A stretch of 34,806 nucleotides of DNA, taken from positions 1 through 34,806 of the forward strand of contig BTQM01000003.1 in NCBI GenBank assembly GCA_036985875.1. Direction: 5' to 3'. Source of the stretch: Patescibacteria group bacterium. GTDB taxonomy: Bacteria; Patescibacteriota; Minisyncoccia; Phycocordibacterales; UBA1539. Positions 24,651 to 33,418 of this stretch are shown here, piece after piece; within the stretch, counting starts at the first letter, position 1; each line of letters opens with the position of its first letter. Under the pieces are notes generated by a model that did no database searches, had not been told where the DNA came from, and saw nothing but the letters and a program-made list of their open reading frames with translations. The position numbers were made by a program, and so were the translations under genes.

Positions 24651-25061
24651 ATGAATAAAAAACCAGACGTCTCCAAGGCGGCAAAAAAAATTCTCATCAT
24701 AGATGATGACAAGATCTTTTCAAAAGTTCTCAAGGATGCCATGAAGGTGCACAAGGATGGGAAATATACGACCGTACATGCGGTTGATGGTGAAGAGGGA
24801 CTCAGGAAGGCAAAAGAAGAAAAGCCGGATCTGATAGTGCTGGATGTAGTTATGCCCAATGTCGGGGGTCTTGAATTTCTCAAGAATATGAAATCGGATA
24901 AAGACATCCCGAAGATCCCCGTACTTGTCACCTCTCAATATTCAGATATGGAGAAGATAAGCGCGGCTACAGAATTGGGCATCAAGGGATATCTCGTGAA
25001 AGCGGACCATACTCTGGACGAGATCATCAAGAAGATAGAGGATGTGTTGGAGGGGGAATAG
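24651..25061 (+). CDS. Single-domain response regulator (receiver only)
   Basis: ILIIDDD, LIVLDVVMP, GYLVK. Confidence 0.93.
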   Translation: MNKKPDVSKAAKKILIIDDDKIFSKVLKDAMKVHKDGKYTTVHAVDGEEGLRKAKEEKPDLIVLDVVMPNVGGLEFLKNMKSDKDIPKIPVLVTSQYSDMEKISAATELGIKGYLVKADHTLDEIIKKIEDVLEGE

Positions 25062-25081
25062 GGCATAACTCAAGTTAGCCA

Positions 25082-25113
25082 TTAGGGTTTAGCCACTAGT
25101 GGCTAAACTCTAA
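25082..25113. repeat. Near-perfect 32-bp palindrome
   Basis: TTAGGGTTTAGCCACTAGTGGCTAAACTCTAA. Confidence 0.8.
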
Positions 25114-25122
25114 ATTATCGCC

Positions 25123-25638
25123 ATGGAACAGAGAAAGGACAAAAAGGAATTAAAGGATGAGCGGCAAGCTAGAAGGCAGCTTTTCAAAAAAATAAAAACA
25201 ATGCTCATTTGGGTACTTGTTTTGGGTGTGCTCGGCGTGGGGATATTTTGGCTTGTGACGCTTCCCAAAGTGCCGCAATCGGCGACCGTTTCGCAGCGCG
25301 GTATCCACTGGCACCCTTCTCTTTCCATCTCCATTAAAGGGGAGGAGGTTGCTATTCCCGGTGGGATCGGTTTGGGGGCGGTGCACTCGCCGATGCATAC
25401 GCATGATCCTGGCGGCATTATCCACCTTGAGTACAGCGGCATTGTCAGGGAAAATGACATCATGATAAAGAACTTCTTTGACACATGGGGAAAAGATTTC
25501 AGTAGAGATATGATTTTGGGAAATAGAGCTGAAGAGGGCGGGACGATAAGAATGTTTGTGGGAGGTGAAGAGAACATGGAATTTGAGAAATACATGATGC
25601 AGGATGGCGATGTGATAGAGATTTTGTACGAGGAGTAA
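25123..25638 (+). CDS. Membrane-anchored His-motif protein of unknown function
   Basis: One TM, HWH and HSPMHTHD.GGIIHLE motifs, C-terminal DGDVIEILY. Confidence 0.8.
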   Translation: MEQRKDKKELKDERQARRQLFKKIKTMLIWVLVLGVLGVGIFWLVTLPKVPQSATVSQRGIHWHPSLSISIKGEEVAIPGGIGLGAVHSPMHTHDPGGIIHLEYSGIVRENDIMIKNFFDTWGKDFSRDMILGNRAEEGGTIRMFVGGEENMEFEKYMMQDGDVIEILYEE

Positions 25639-25675
25639 AGATCGCTCGGACTATTCTTTTTTCAAACGTGCTCGC

Positions 25676-25832
25676 GGTGAAAGGAAATTACAGTCGGTTC
25701 GTCACAAAAAATCTATAACTCGCCCCAAGGGCTCAAACAGATAAATTTTCACCCACAGGGCACAGGTCTATTCACCTCCTTAATTTCTCTTTCACCTACC
25801 GCCTGCCTGTGCGTGTACGCACGCAGACAGGC
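25676..25832. other. Nested stem-loop non-coding element (structured RNA or MITE/REP-like)
   Basis: GGTGAAAGGAAATTA pairs imperfectly with TAATTTCTCTTTCACC; inner AACTCGCCCCAAGGGCTCAAACA; trailing GCCTGCCTGTGCGTG...CACGCAGACAGGC. Confidence 0.5.
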
Positions 25833-26017
25833 AATGCTGGCAAAAAGAGAGAGGGGCTCGCTTAGTCGGAGGAGAACAGTCAGATTTTCCTATTCGTCCC
25901 CTAGGTCCACCCTAGGGGAACTTTGCTCTACTAAAATAGTTGAGTGTTTCTGTTTTTTCCCAGAAAAACTCCCGCAATAGTTGTAGGGGCTTGAATATGC
26001 GCAATAAGCCGAAATCA

Positions 26018-26045
26018 TTGACAATTATTACAATAGATGTATAAT
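26018..26045 (+). promoter_or_regulatory. Sigma70 consensus promoter
   Basis: TTGACA-16 nt-TATAAT. Confidence 0.7.
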
Positions 26046-26178
26046 GCAGTGTAGACGATCGGGGAATATCCCGTTGTTAGTTTTTGAACTTTGAAATAGG
26101 AAAAGAGGTGGCTGTAAAAAGTTAGTTCATTTTTCTTGTAAATTTTTTCTTTTACCGAGAGACTATCGGAGGTGTATT

Positions 26179-27312
26179 ATGACAGCTATGACAGATGTAG
26201 AAAAGAAAATCTTGAAAGCTCTTGAGGATGACAAAGATCTCGCCGTCGACAAAAAGCCTACTGGCATGGGGAAAGCAATGGCAATCGCTGCTGTTAAAAG
26301 CAATGTGGAAAATGCCAGCGCACCCCAAGTCCTTCCCGACCTTCCCGATGAGGCGCCTTCGCTCTCTTCGGAAGAGCTGGAAGAAGCGGCGCAGAAAGCT
26401 CAAGAGACGAAATCCTGGGCAGAGAAGGCGGGAGAACGTCTTCTTGACTTGAAGAAGGAGCAAAGGCGAATCCATGCTGTTGAGGGATGGGACCTTGTTC
26501 GTAAGCTCGCTGAGCGAGATGCGCTTCTTTCAGAAAGGATAAAGGAGATCGAGGAAGCGGGCGACGAGAATCTCTCCAGACATGTGGAGTACTCTGAGTT
26601 CCTAAACTTTATTCGCGAAGTGGAGACTCCTGAGCAGATAAAGAAGGTACTGCGCCGGCTCTTGGACGAGTCTGTAAATGAAGATGGCGTAACGCGCGTG
26701 AGGGATATCCACAAGGAAGAGGCACATCGCTTGAAATCTGCGAATAAGGGTCGTCTTCCCAGGGGGTATTTCTATGTGGAAGGGCAGTGTTATGCCTTCT
26801 ACAGTCCTTCCGAAGGACAGGAGAAGTCTTCAGGACAGAAAGCTCTGGAGGCGGAATTCACGAAGGCGCTTCGACGGGTTTCTCTGCAGAAAAAGCGGAA
26901 AATTCGTAAGAAGACGGAAGAGCTTCGCGCTCTGACGGACGTTAGTGATGACCTGGACGGGATGATCGACAAGGATGATCCGCAAGAAGGCCTCTATCGC
27001 ATTTTCAAGGAGCCGGTCAAGGAAGGCAAAAGGGTGATTCGCCACGGAGGCGTGGGAATCGTACGCCTTGTTCTCAAGGAAAGAGGCGACAGATCCTTTG
27101 CCATCATTGAGGCCGTTGATGGAACCGGGTGCTTTCATTTTCTTTCCGGTCAGGAAGGGAAATTGTGGGCTTCGGTACCAAACGCGATCTTTGGCAAGGT
27201 GCCTGAAAACCTTCCCAGCGATGTGTGCGAGAATGTGCTTAGATTTACACGAGCACTGAACAAGCACCTCTTTCCGATCTGGAAAGCGCAGAAGGAAAGC
27301 AAGGAGGAATAA
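26179..27312 (+). CDS. Hypothetical charged/coiled-coil protein
   Basis: 377-aa ORF with GGAGGTG RBS, own promoter and terminator; no family recognised. Confidence 0.8.
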   Translation: MTAMTDVEKKILKALEDDKDLAVDKKPTGMGKAMAIAAVKSNVENASAPQVLPDLPDEAPSLSSEELEEAAQKAQETKSWAEKAGERLLDLKKEQRRIHAVEGWDLVRKLAERDALLSERIKEIEEAGDENLSRHVEYSEFLNFIREVETPEQIKKVLRRLLDESVNEDGVTRVRDIHKEEAHRLKSANKGRLPRGYFYVEGQCYAFYSPSEGQEKSSGQKALEAEFTKALRRVSLQKKRKIRKKTEELRALTDVSDDLDGMIDKDDPQEGLYRIFKEPVKEGKRVIRHGGVGIVRLVLKERGDRSFAIIEAVDGTGCFHFLSGQEGKLWASVPNAIFGKVPENLPSDVCENVLRFTRALNKHLFPIWKAQKESKEE

Positions 27313-27330
27313 AAGCTCCTTTTAAGCTTG

Positions 27331-27370
27331 AGCCCCGAAATCGTTACGACGATTTCGGGGCTTCTTTTAT
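27331..27370 (+). terminator. Rho-independent terminator
   Basis: AGCCCCGAAATCGT-TACG-ACGATTTCGGGGCT followed by TCTTTTAT. Confidence 0.85.
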
Positions 27371-27539
27371 GTCGCCGTATCTCGGATAGAGTATACTTGC
27401 GGAAGTTGATCCAGTTGAGAGATCGCGAATGATTGCGATGCTCCTACTTCTGATAGGATTGACTTTTTTTCATAAAGATATAGCATGAGTATGTTAGATA
27501 ACGCGCCTCGAAGGGCGGTTTTTAGTAATAGCAAGAAGG

Positions 27540-27716
27540 ATGAAATTCATACAGTATCTCAAAGACACAAGGGGTGAGTTAAAACATGTAAGCTGGCCTA
27601 CGAGGAGTCAGACGATTCATTTTACAGTTGTTATAATCGTAGCGTCCCTGCTCACGGCGTTTTTCTTGGGTATTTTTGACACCATCTTCTCTGCTCTTTT
27701 GAGTGATCTCCTATAA
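27540..27716 (+). CDS. secE: Preprotein translocase subunit SecE
   Basis: Below ORF-track cutoff; MKFIQYLKDTRGELKHVSWPTRSQTIHFTVVII...GIFD, directly upstream of nusG. Confidence 0.93.
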   Translation: MKFIQYLKDTRGELKHVSWPTRSQTIHFTVVIIVASLLTAFFLGIFDTIFSALLSDLL

Positions 27717-27770
27717 TCCGGTATTGATCTACTTGTTCGCGCAACGGCGCTTGTGGGCGAATGAATGCGA

Positions 27771-27819
27771 ATCTCGTTAGAAATCGCGAAAACTTGCAAC
27801 GTTCTATTTCTAACGGGAT
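27771..27819. repeat. Inverted repeat between secE and nusG
   Basis: ATCTCGTTAGAAAT ... ATTTCTAACGGGAT (14-bp arms, one G-U pair, 21-nt loop). Confidence 0.7.
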
Positions 27820-27850
27820 AAATGATACGAATGTTAGCATCGTAATAATC

Positions 27851-28396
27851 ATGGCAAAACAAGAATTAAAGCAGGAAAGAAATTGGTATGCTATCCACAC
27901 ATATGTGGGGTATGAAAATGCAGTGATGCGCAACTTGAAACAGCGCATAGAGTCTCTTGGCATGGAGGACAAGATATTTAGCGTTGTTGTCCCCACGGAA
28001 AAGAAAATAAAGATAAAAGGAGGGGAGAGAGCTGAGGTTGAAGAGAAAATATATCCAGGCTATGTGCTAGTGGAGATGATCGTTACCGATGATTCGTGGT
28101 ACGTGGTGCGCAACACCCCGAGAGTGACCGGCTTTGTCGGCGCGGGTGTGAATCCAGTTCCCTTGAACGAAAAAGAGGTGGAGTCGTTCTTTAAAGTGAT
28201 GCAAAGCGATGCGGTGAAGCACAAGATCGATTTTCAGATGGGAGATGCGGTGACAATCATCGACGGACCATTCAAAGAGCTTGAAGGGAAAATAAATGAA
28301 GTTGACGAGGAGAGAGGAAAGATAAAAGTACTTGTTTCCATGTTTGGGAGAGAAACGCCGGTTGAGCTTGATTTTCTGCAGGTGAAGAAAATTTAG
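27851..28396 (+). CDS. nusG: Transcription termination/antitermination factor NusG
   Basis: [49 protein letters not shown]; ATG at 27851. Confidence 0.97.
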   Translation: MAKQELKQERNWYAIHTYVGYENAVMRNLKQRIESLGMEDKIFSVVVPTEKKIKIKGGERAEVEEKIYPGYVLVEMIVTDDSWYVVRNTPRVTGFVGAGVNPVPLNEKEVESFFKVMQSDAVKHKIDFQMGDAVTIIDGPFKELEGKINEVDEERGKIKVLVSMFGRETPVELDFLQVKKI

Positions 28397-28486
28397 GGCG
28401 ATAGTAATATACGAATGCATGTGAATATATTTTCCTTTAACGGAATCATTATTTTCAAAAATTCACTGCGTTTATTAAGAAAATAT

Positions 28487-28906
28487 ATGAAAAAAGTAAC
28501 GAAAAAAATAAAATTGCAGATTCCGGCAGGAAAAGCAAATCCCGCGCCTCCTTTGGGTCCCGCACTGGGACAGGCGGGGGTGAATATCGGCGAGTTCGTG
28601 ACAAAGTTCAATGATGCGACGAAGGAAATGGGGGGAGATATTATCCCCGTTGTACTTTCGGTATTTGAGGACAGAAGCTTCGACTTTATTTTAAAAACTA
28701 CACCCGCCTCGCGCCTTTTGATCAAGGCGGCGGGTATCGCGAAGGGTTCTGGCAAGAATGTGGTGAGTAAAGCGGGGAGCGTCACGAAAGCGCAGGTACG
28801 CGAGATCGCTGAGCAGAAAATGCCGGATTTGAACGCCGCCGATATCGAAGGAGCAATGAAAATTATTGAAGGCACCGCCCGCTCAATGGGCATTGAGGTG
28901 AAGTAA
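28487..28906 (+). CDS. rplK: 50S ribosomal protein L11
   Basis: [21 protein letters not shown]...GTARSMG; ATG at 28487. Confidence 0.98.
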   Translation: MKKVTKKIKLQIPAGKANPAPPLGPALGQAGVNIGEFVTKFNDATKEMGGDIIPVVLSVFEDRSFDFILKTTPASRLLIKAAGIAKGSGKNVVSKAGSVTKAQVREIAEQKMPDLNAADIEGAMKIIEGTARSMGIEVK

Positions 28907-28950
28907 ATAAAGGATCTTTGACGCAGAGAGCATGGGGGATCCTTTATCTA

Positions 28951-28978
28951 CTTCTATTCCAGTATATTGGAATAGAAG
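28951..28978. promoter_or_regulatory. Palindrome copy A (candidate operator/cassette end)
   Basis: CTTCTATTCCAGTATATTGGAATAGAAG. Confidence 0.75.
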
Positions 28979-29040
28979 GGGCTTTTTAATAATACATAAA
29001 TTGTTGACCACACAACTCGGTCTGGTCGGACTAGTGTATT

Positions 29041-29070
29041 TTATATGTTCCAGTATACTGGAATATATAA
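29041..29070. promoter_or_regulatory. Palindrome copy B
   Basis: TTATATGTTCCAGTATACTGGAATATATAA. Confidence 0.75.
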
Positions 29071-29106
29071 CCACTTTGTTAATAATTATAAAGCAATACA
29101 ACAATC

Positions 29107-29508
29107 ATGCCTCATATTTCATCTAAGCAAGTCAATGGTCAGATTTTAGAAAAAATTTACAAACTTCTTTTTTCTGCGATTACTGACAGAAACATTTCCA
29201 AAAAACAACAACACTCCGCTTTTGGCGAACTATTTACGCCAACCGAAAAAATTATGCTTGGCAAGCGGCTTGTGGCAATTTCATTACTATCGCAGGGGAT
29301 GAGTCCATATAAAACAGGGAAGACGTTGCAATTAAGCCCAACTACAACTACGAAACTCCAGGTTAAACTTGAGGGTGGAAAATTTTCAAATGTAAAAAAG
29401 CTTTGCAGCGTGTTGCGTAAAGGACCATTACAGCATTATATAGAGAATCTTATTAAACCATTACCACGTTACGGTACAAGCCCAGCAAGGCTTTTCAAAG
29501 AAAAATAA
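29107..29508 (+). CDS. TrpR-like (YerC/YecD family) HTH protein
   Basis: [26 protein letters not shown]...LQLSPTT matches the TrpR/YerC pattern. Confidence 0.8.
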   Translation: MPHISSKQVNGQILEKIYKLLFSAITDRNISKKQQHSAFGELFTPTEKIMLGKRLVAISLLSQGMSPYKTGKTLQLSPTTTTKLQVKLEGGKFSNVKKLCSVLRKGPLQHYIENLIKPLPRYGTSPARLFKEK

Positions 29509-29510
29509 CC

Positions 29511-29542
29511 GTACACTATTCCAGTATACTGGAATAGTGTAC
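29511..29542. promoter_or_regulatory. Palindrome copy C (perfect 32 bp)
   Basis: GTACACTATTCCAGTATACTGGAATAGTGTAC, starts 3 nt after the stop. Confidence 0.8.
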
Positions 29543-29570
29543 AAAACCTCGGAAGAGGTTTTGTTTTTTC
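29541..29570 (+). terminator. Rho-independent terminator
   Basis: ACAAAACCTC-GGAA-GAGGTTTTGT followed by T-tract. Confidence 0.7.
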
Positions 29571-29632
29571 TGTGTTTTGTGATACAACTTAGGCGGGTTT
29601 TTTTATTTTCAACTTTTTCTTTGGAGGTGTTT

Positions 29633-30202
29633 ATGGGCGTGAAGTCCGATAGGTGGATCCGCCGTATGGCGCGAGATTGTGGGATAATTGAACCTTTTGA
29701 ACCCTATCAGGTAAACCGGACTCCCGACGGGAAAAAGGTCATTTCGTACGGTACTTCAAGTTACGGGTATGACATGCGTTGCACCGATGAGTTCAAGATC
29801 TTTACCAACATCAACCGTGCTGTCGTGGATCCCAAAAACTTCAATCAGGAGAGCCTCGTGGATTTCAAGGGGGAAGTGTGCATTATTCCACCCAATTCGT
29901 TCGCATTGGCGCGCTCTCTTGAATACTTTCGCATTCCGCGGGAAGTACTCACGATCTGTTTGGGGAAATCTACATACGCCCGCTGCGGCATCGTGGTCAA
30001 CGTCACACCCCTTGAACCGGAGTGGGAAGGACACGTCACGTTGGAGTTCTCAAACACGACGCCTCTTCCGGCGAAAATTTATGCGCATGAGGGTGTCGCG
30101 CAAGTAGTATTTCTCTCCGCGGACGAAGTGTGCCACACGTCATATAAGGACAGGAACGGTAAATATCAAGGACAAACAGGAGTTACTCCGCCGAAAGTAT
30201 AG
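29633..30202 (+). CDS. dcd: dCTP deaminase
   Basis: [43 protein letters not shown]; GGAGGTG RBS before ATG 29633. Confidence 0.96.
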   Translation: MGVKSDRWIRRMARDCGIIEPFEPYQVNRTPDGKKVISYGTSSYGYDMRCTDEFKIFTNINRAVVDPKNFNQESLVDFKGEVCIIPPNSFALARSLEYFRIPREVLTICLGKSTYARCGIVVNVTPLEPEWEGHVTLEFSNTTPLPAKIYAHEGVAQVVFLSADEVCHTSYKDRNGKYQGQTGVTPPKV

Positions 30203-30309
30203 CGTAACATGGTCCAAGCTGTGTCCCATCGAAACCGGGACGCAGCTTTTCTTTTGCATACATCTGTGATAAAAATAAAGCAGAAAGTCGTTTTAAGAGG
30301 AGAAAAAAT

Positions 30310-30975
30310 ATGCCACGAGGCAAATTTATCGCTATTGAGGGGGGAGAAGGATCCGGAAAGACAAAAAACATTGAGTACCTAAAAAAGGCACTTGGTGGCG
30401 AGGGCATTGTCTTTACCAGAGAGCCGGGTGGCACTCTGGTCGCGGAGAAAATTCGCGAACTCCTTTTTTCAAAAGATCCGAATGAAGAAATGGAGGTGGA
30501 AACAGAACTCTTGCTTTTCTTTGCGGCGCGTATCCAACATATTAAAAAACTTATCATTCCAGCTCTGGAGTCCGGCAAGCATGTTATTTGCGACAGGTTC
30601 AACTTTTCCACCTACGCATATCAGGTGGTTGCGCGAGGAAGACGAGACCTTGAAGATACATTTCATGTCTTGGACGCGTTCGCTCGTGGGGGAATTATAA
30701 AGAACAGGAAATGGATACACACCATTGAACCGAACCTTTATATCTTTCTTGATGTGAGTCCGCGCGTTGGACTTGCGCGCGTTGCTTCCAGAGGAGAGGA
30801 AACAACCCGTTTTGACGAGGAGAGTTTGGATTTTCATAAACGCGTGGCAGAGGGATTGCGCCGCGCGGCATGCGGCAAACCCAATGCGGTCGTTGTTGAT
30901 GCCGAAGCGGAATTTGATGAAGTTGCAAGGAATGTGCTTGCGCACATAAAATGCACGCTTAATATTGAAAAGTGA
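30310..30975 (+). CDS. tmk: Thymidylate kinase
   Basis: FIAIEGGEGSGKT, TREPGGT, LLFFAAR, CDRF..ST.AYQ. Confidence 0.96.
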   Translation: MPRGKFIAIEGGEGSGKTKNIEYLKKALGGEGIVFTREPGGTLVAEKIRELLFSKDPNEEMEVETELLLFFAARIQHIKKLIIPALESGKHVICDRFNFSTYAYQVVARGRRDLEDTFHVLDAFARGGIIKNRKWIHTIEPNLYIFLDVSPRVGLARVASRGEETTRFDEESLDFHKRVAEGLRRAACGKPNAVVVDAEAEFDEVARNVLAHIKCTLNIEK

Positions 30976-31159
30976 ATGTGTATCAGACCCCAAGCCTTTT
31001 GACTTGGGGCTTTTATTATGTCTGAGCTGAGAGCGGAATAAAAACGGTAATGAGCAAGGCGAATGGAGATTTTCATTCCGTCCGAGCGACGGCATAATAT
31101 AGACTGTCCGGGACTCTGTGGTCTATATGTGCAACATACGCTGTGTTATCATAATCTTT

Positions 31160-32755
31160 ATGATAAAAGATATTCTCACAGAGAGAATAAAAAAAGCTGC
31201 GGCGTCTCTCAGTAGGAAGGTTGATACGGGTAAAATTGATGTTTCCCATTCTGAGCGTTTCGGTGATTACGCGACCAACGCTGCAATGGTTGTCGCCTCT
31301 TCGCTGGATGAGGACCCCCGCGAGCTTGCGGAAAAGATAAAAGAAATGCTTTTGACCTCTTCCGAGCGCGGACGATATATCAAGTCCATAGAGATCGCGG
31401 GGCCCGGATTCATCAATATCATGCTTACTGACGAAGCGATCCTCAGCAAGGTTGGTGTTTTGGACAATACGCTGGATCTCGGACTTGATCTTCTGGGCGG
31501 ACAGAAGGTTAATATTGAGTTCATTTCTGCAAACCCTACGGGCGAACTCCACATCGGGCATGGCAGGGGTGCATTTTATGGCGATATTCTTTCCAGCGTG
31601 TTTTCTTATGCCGGTGCGGACGTGGTGCGTGAGTTCTATATCAACGATTCGCGCGAGAGCAATCAGATAAAGGAGCTTGGCAAGACGGTACTGGGGGAGG
31701 GAGAGCAGTACAAAACAGTGCGACTTGAAAAAATAATCGCCGAGATGAGCTTCAAGAAGGAGGATGGCACGCACAGTGAAGCATTAACAGAGGCGGGTTT
31801 TGAGCTTGCGGAAAAAGTGGGGGAGTACAATAAGGACTTTATTGAGAGTAAGCTCGGCATCAAATTTGACAGGTGGTATTCGGAAGACGAGAACATTCGC
31901 GCGAGCGGCGCTGCGGAGAAGATATTGGACGAACTTAAGGCAAAAGACTTGGTGTACGAGGAAGATGGAGCGTGGTGGCTCAAAACATCAGAGTACGGCG
32001 ATGATGAAGATAGGGTGGTGGTGCGCTCCGACAAAACGGCAACGTACTTTCTCTCAGACATTGCTTACCATATGGACAAGTTTTGCCGAGGATACGACAG
32101 TGTGATTGATGTATGGGGCGCGGACCATCACGGGCATGTGAAGCGCATGATGGCTGTGAAAAAAATGCTTGGCTGGGAAGGGGATTTCCAAATTTTCATC
32201 ACACAGATGGTATCGCTCAAAGAAGGAGGGAAGGCAGCAAAGATGTCCAAGCGCGCGGGCAACGTGGTGCTTCTTGAAGACTTGGTGGACGATTTTGGAC
32301 TTGACGTGGTGCGGTGGTTTTTCGCGGAAAAGTCGCTAGGAACGCACATGGAATTTGACGCGGAACTTGCCAAGCAACAGTCGCAGAAAAACCCAGTTTA
32401 CTATGTCCAATATGCGCACGCGCGTATTTGTTCAATCTTAGAAAAAGCGAGAGAGCTTGAAGCGGACAATAGCTCCACCTCCGGCATCATAAAAGAAGAG
32501 CGGGGCAGGGCGCTTGCGATGAAGGTCACCATGTTTTCGGAAGTGGTGGAAGGTGTCACGAGAGATCATCAAGTTCACAAACTCACTACATATGCGTACG
32601 AGCTCGCAAGCGAGTTCAACCAGTTTTATCGTGACGTGCGCGTGATCAAAGACGACACATATAATAGGGGAGCACTTGAGCTTGCGAAGCTCGCAAAAAG
32701 AACGCTCGCGAAAACCCTCTCCCTACTCGGCATTTCCGCACCGGAGAAGATGTAG
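31160..32755 (+). CDS. argS: Arginine--tRNA ligase
   Basis: FGDYATN, GPGFIN, SANPTGELHIGHGRG, WGADHHG, KMSKRAG, YVQYAHAR, APEKM; ATG at 31160. Confidence 0.97.
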   Translation: MIKDILTERIKKAAASLSRKVDTGKIDVSHSERFGDYATNAAMVVASSLDEDPRELAEKIKEMLLTSSERGRYIKSIEIAGPGFINIMLTDEAILSKVGVLDNTLDLGLDLLGGQKVNIEFISANPTGELHIGHGRGAFYGDILSSVFSYAGADVVREFYINDSRESNQIKELGKTVLGEGEQYKTVRLEKIIAEMSFKKEDGTHSEALTEAGFELAEKVGEYNKDFIESKLGIKFDRWYSEDENIRASGAAEKILDELKAKDLVYEEDGAWWLKTSEYGDDEDRVVVRSDKTATYFLSDIAYHMDKFCRGYDSVIDVWGADHHGHVKRMMAVKKMLGWEGDFQIFITQMVSLKEGGKAAKMSKRAGNVVLLEDLVDDFGLDVVRWFFAEKSLGTHMEFDAELAKQQSQKNPVYYVQYAHARICSILEKARELEADNSSTSGIIKEERGRALAMKVTMFSEVVEGVTRDHQVHKLTTYAYELASEFNQFYRDVRVIKDDTYNRGALELAKLAKRTLAKTLSLLGISAPEKM

Positions 32756-32784
32756 GTGAAGTGGGCTATGAAATGATATATAAA

Positions 32785-32809
32785 AAATAGCGGCATGGAG
32801 CCGCTATTT
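32785..32809. terminator. Probable bidirectional terminator between convergent genes
   Basis: AAATAGCGGC-ATGGA-GCCGCTATTT with A/T flanks. Confidence 0.7.
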
Positions 32810-32818
32810 CAAAACCAA

Positions 32819-33319
32819 TCACTTTAACAGAACAAAGAATACTTGTTCTTCGCCGGGATGACAGGCTGATATAAACATTTCAGCAGAATCTTTGTTTTTA
32901 TCTTGCTTAAGCCATGCTTCTGCAAACGCGTCAGCAAAAGATTCATTTCGTTCTACTATCCTATCAATAAGATCTTCTTCTTCATGCACTGCAGGAAGAC
33001 CTTGTGCGTGCATGCGCAATGAATCAAGATTTTCCCCATCCGGAAGAGGGTGAAATGTATGACCAATCTCATGTCCTAGTGTGAACGCGTGCTCGTCGTA
33101 ATTTGCTGCTCGTGTGTCCAGATACATAACCAGTTCACAACCACCCTCTTTTATTCTTGCCAGTCCACCACATACAAGAAGCGGTTGAAAAATAATCTTT
33201 TGTATGTTCTGTCTTTTGAATTGATCCAGCAGGGGGACACCGTTTAATATACCAAGACATTCATTCACGAATGGTTGGAAATTATCAACCTCGTATAATT
33301 TCTGCGCAACAGTATTCAT
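32819..33319 (-). CDS. ImmA/IrrE-like zinc metallopeptidase
   Basis: FTLGHEIGH and downstream ESFADAFA; ATG at 33319 has a GAGGT RBS (ORF extends to 33364). Confidence 0.65.
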   Translation of the reverse strand: MNTVAQKLYEVDNFQPFVNECLGILNGVPLLDQFKRQNIQKIIFQPLLVCGGLARIKEGGCELVMYLDTRAANYDEHAFTLGHEIGHTFHPLPDGENLDSLRMHAQGLPAVHEEEDLIDRIVERNESFADAFAEAWLKQDKNKDSAEMFISACHPGEEQVFFVLLK

Positions 33320-33385
33320 GAAGACCTCATCGTGCTCAGTGTCGTCTGCCCTAAAAAATAGCATGTTGTGTTACTGTGTCAAGCA

Positions 33386-33418
33386 ATAAAATACGGACAT
33401 CCGATGTCCGTATTTTAT
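33386..33418. promoter_or_regulatory. Perfect palindrome (16-bp arms) between divergent genes
   Basis: ATAAAATACGGACATC-C-GATGTCCGTATTTTAT, adjacent to a minus-strand TTGACA (33377-33382). Confidence 0.7.

Noticed and set aside
27370-27539. tRNA-Trp or rpmG upstream of secE
   Set aside because: No cloverleaf, T-loop motif or L33-like ORF found
31010-31159. T-box riboswitch ahead of argS
   Set aside because: Small hairpins only; no T-box consensus or terminator/antiterminator pair
27761-31159. Long N-terminal extensions of nusG, rplK, dcd and argS in the ORF track
   Set aside because: They run through hairpins or AT-rich intergenic DNA; downstream ATGs match family N-termini
30469-31774. 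Long minus-strand ORFs opposite tmk and argS
   Set aside because: Fully overlap confident housekeeping genes and have no recognisable motifs
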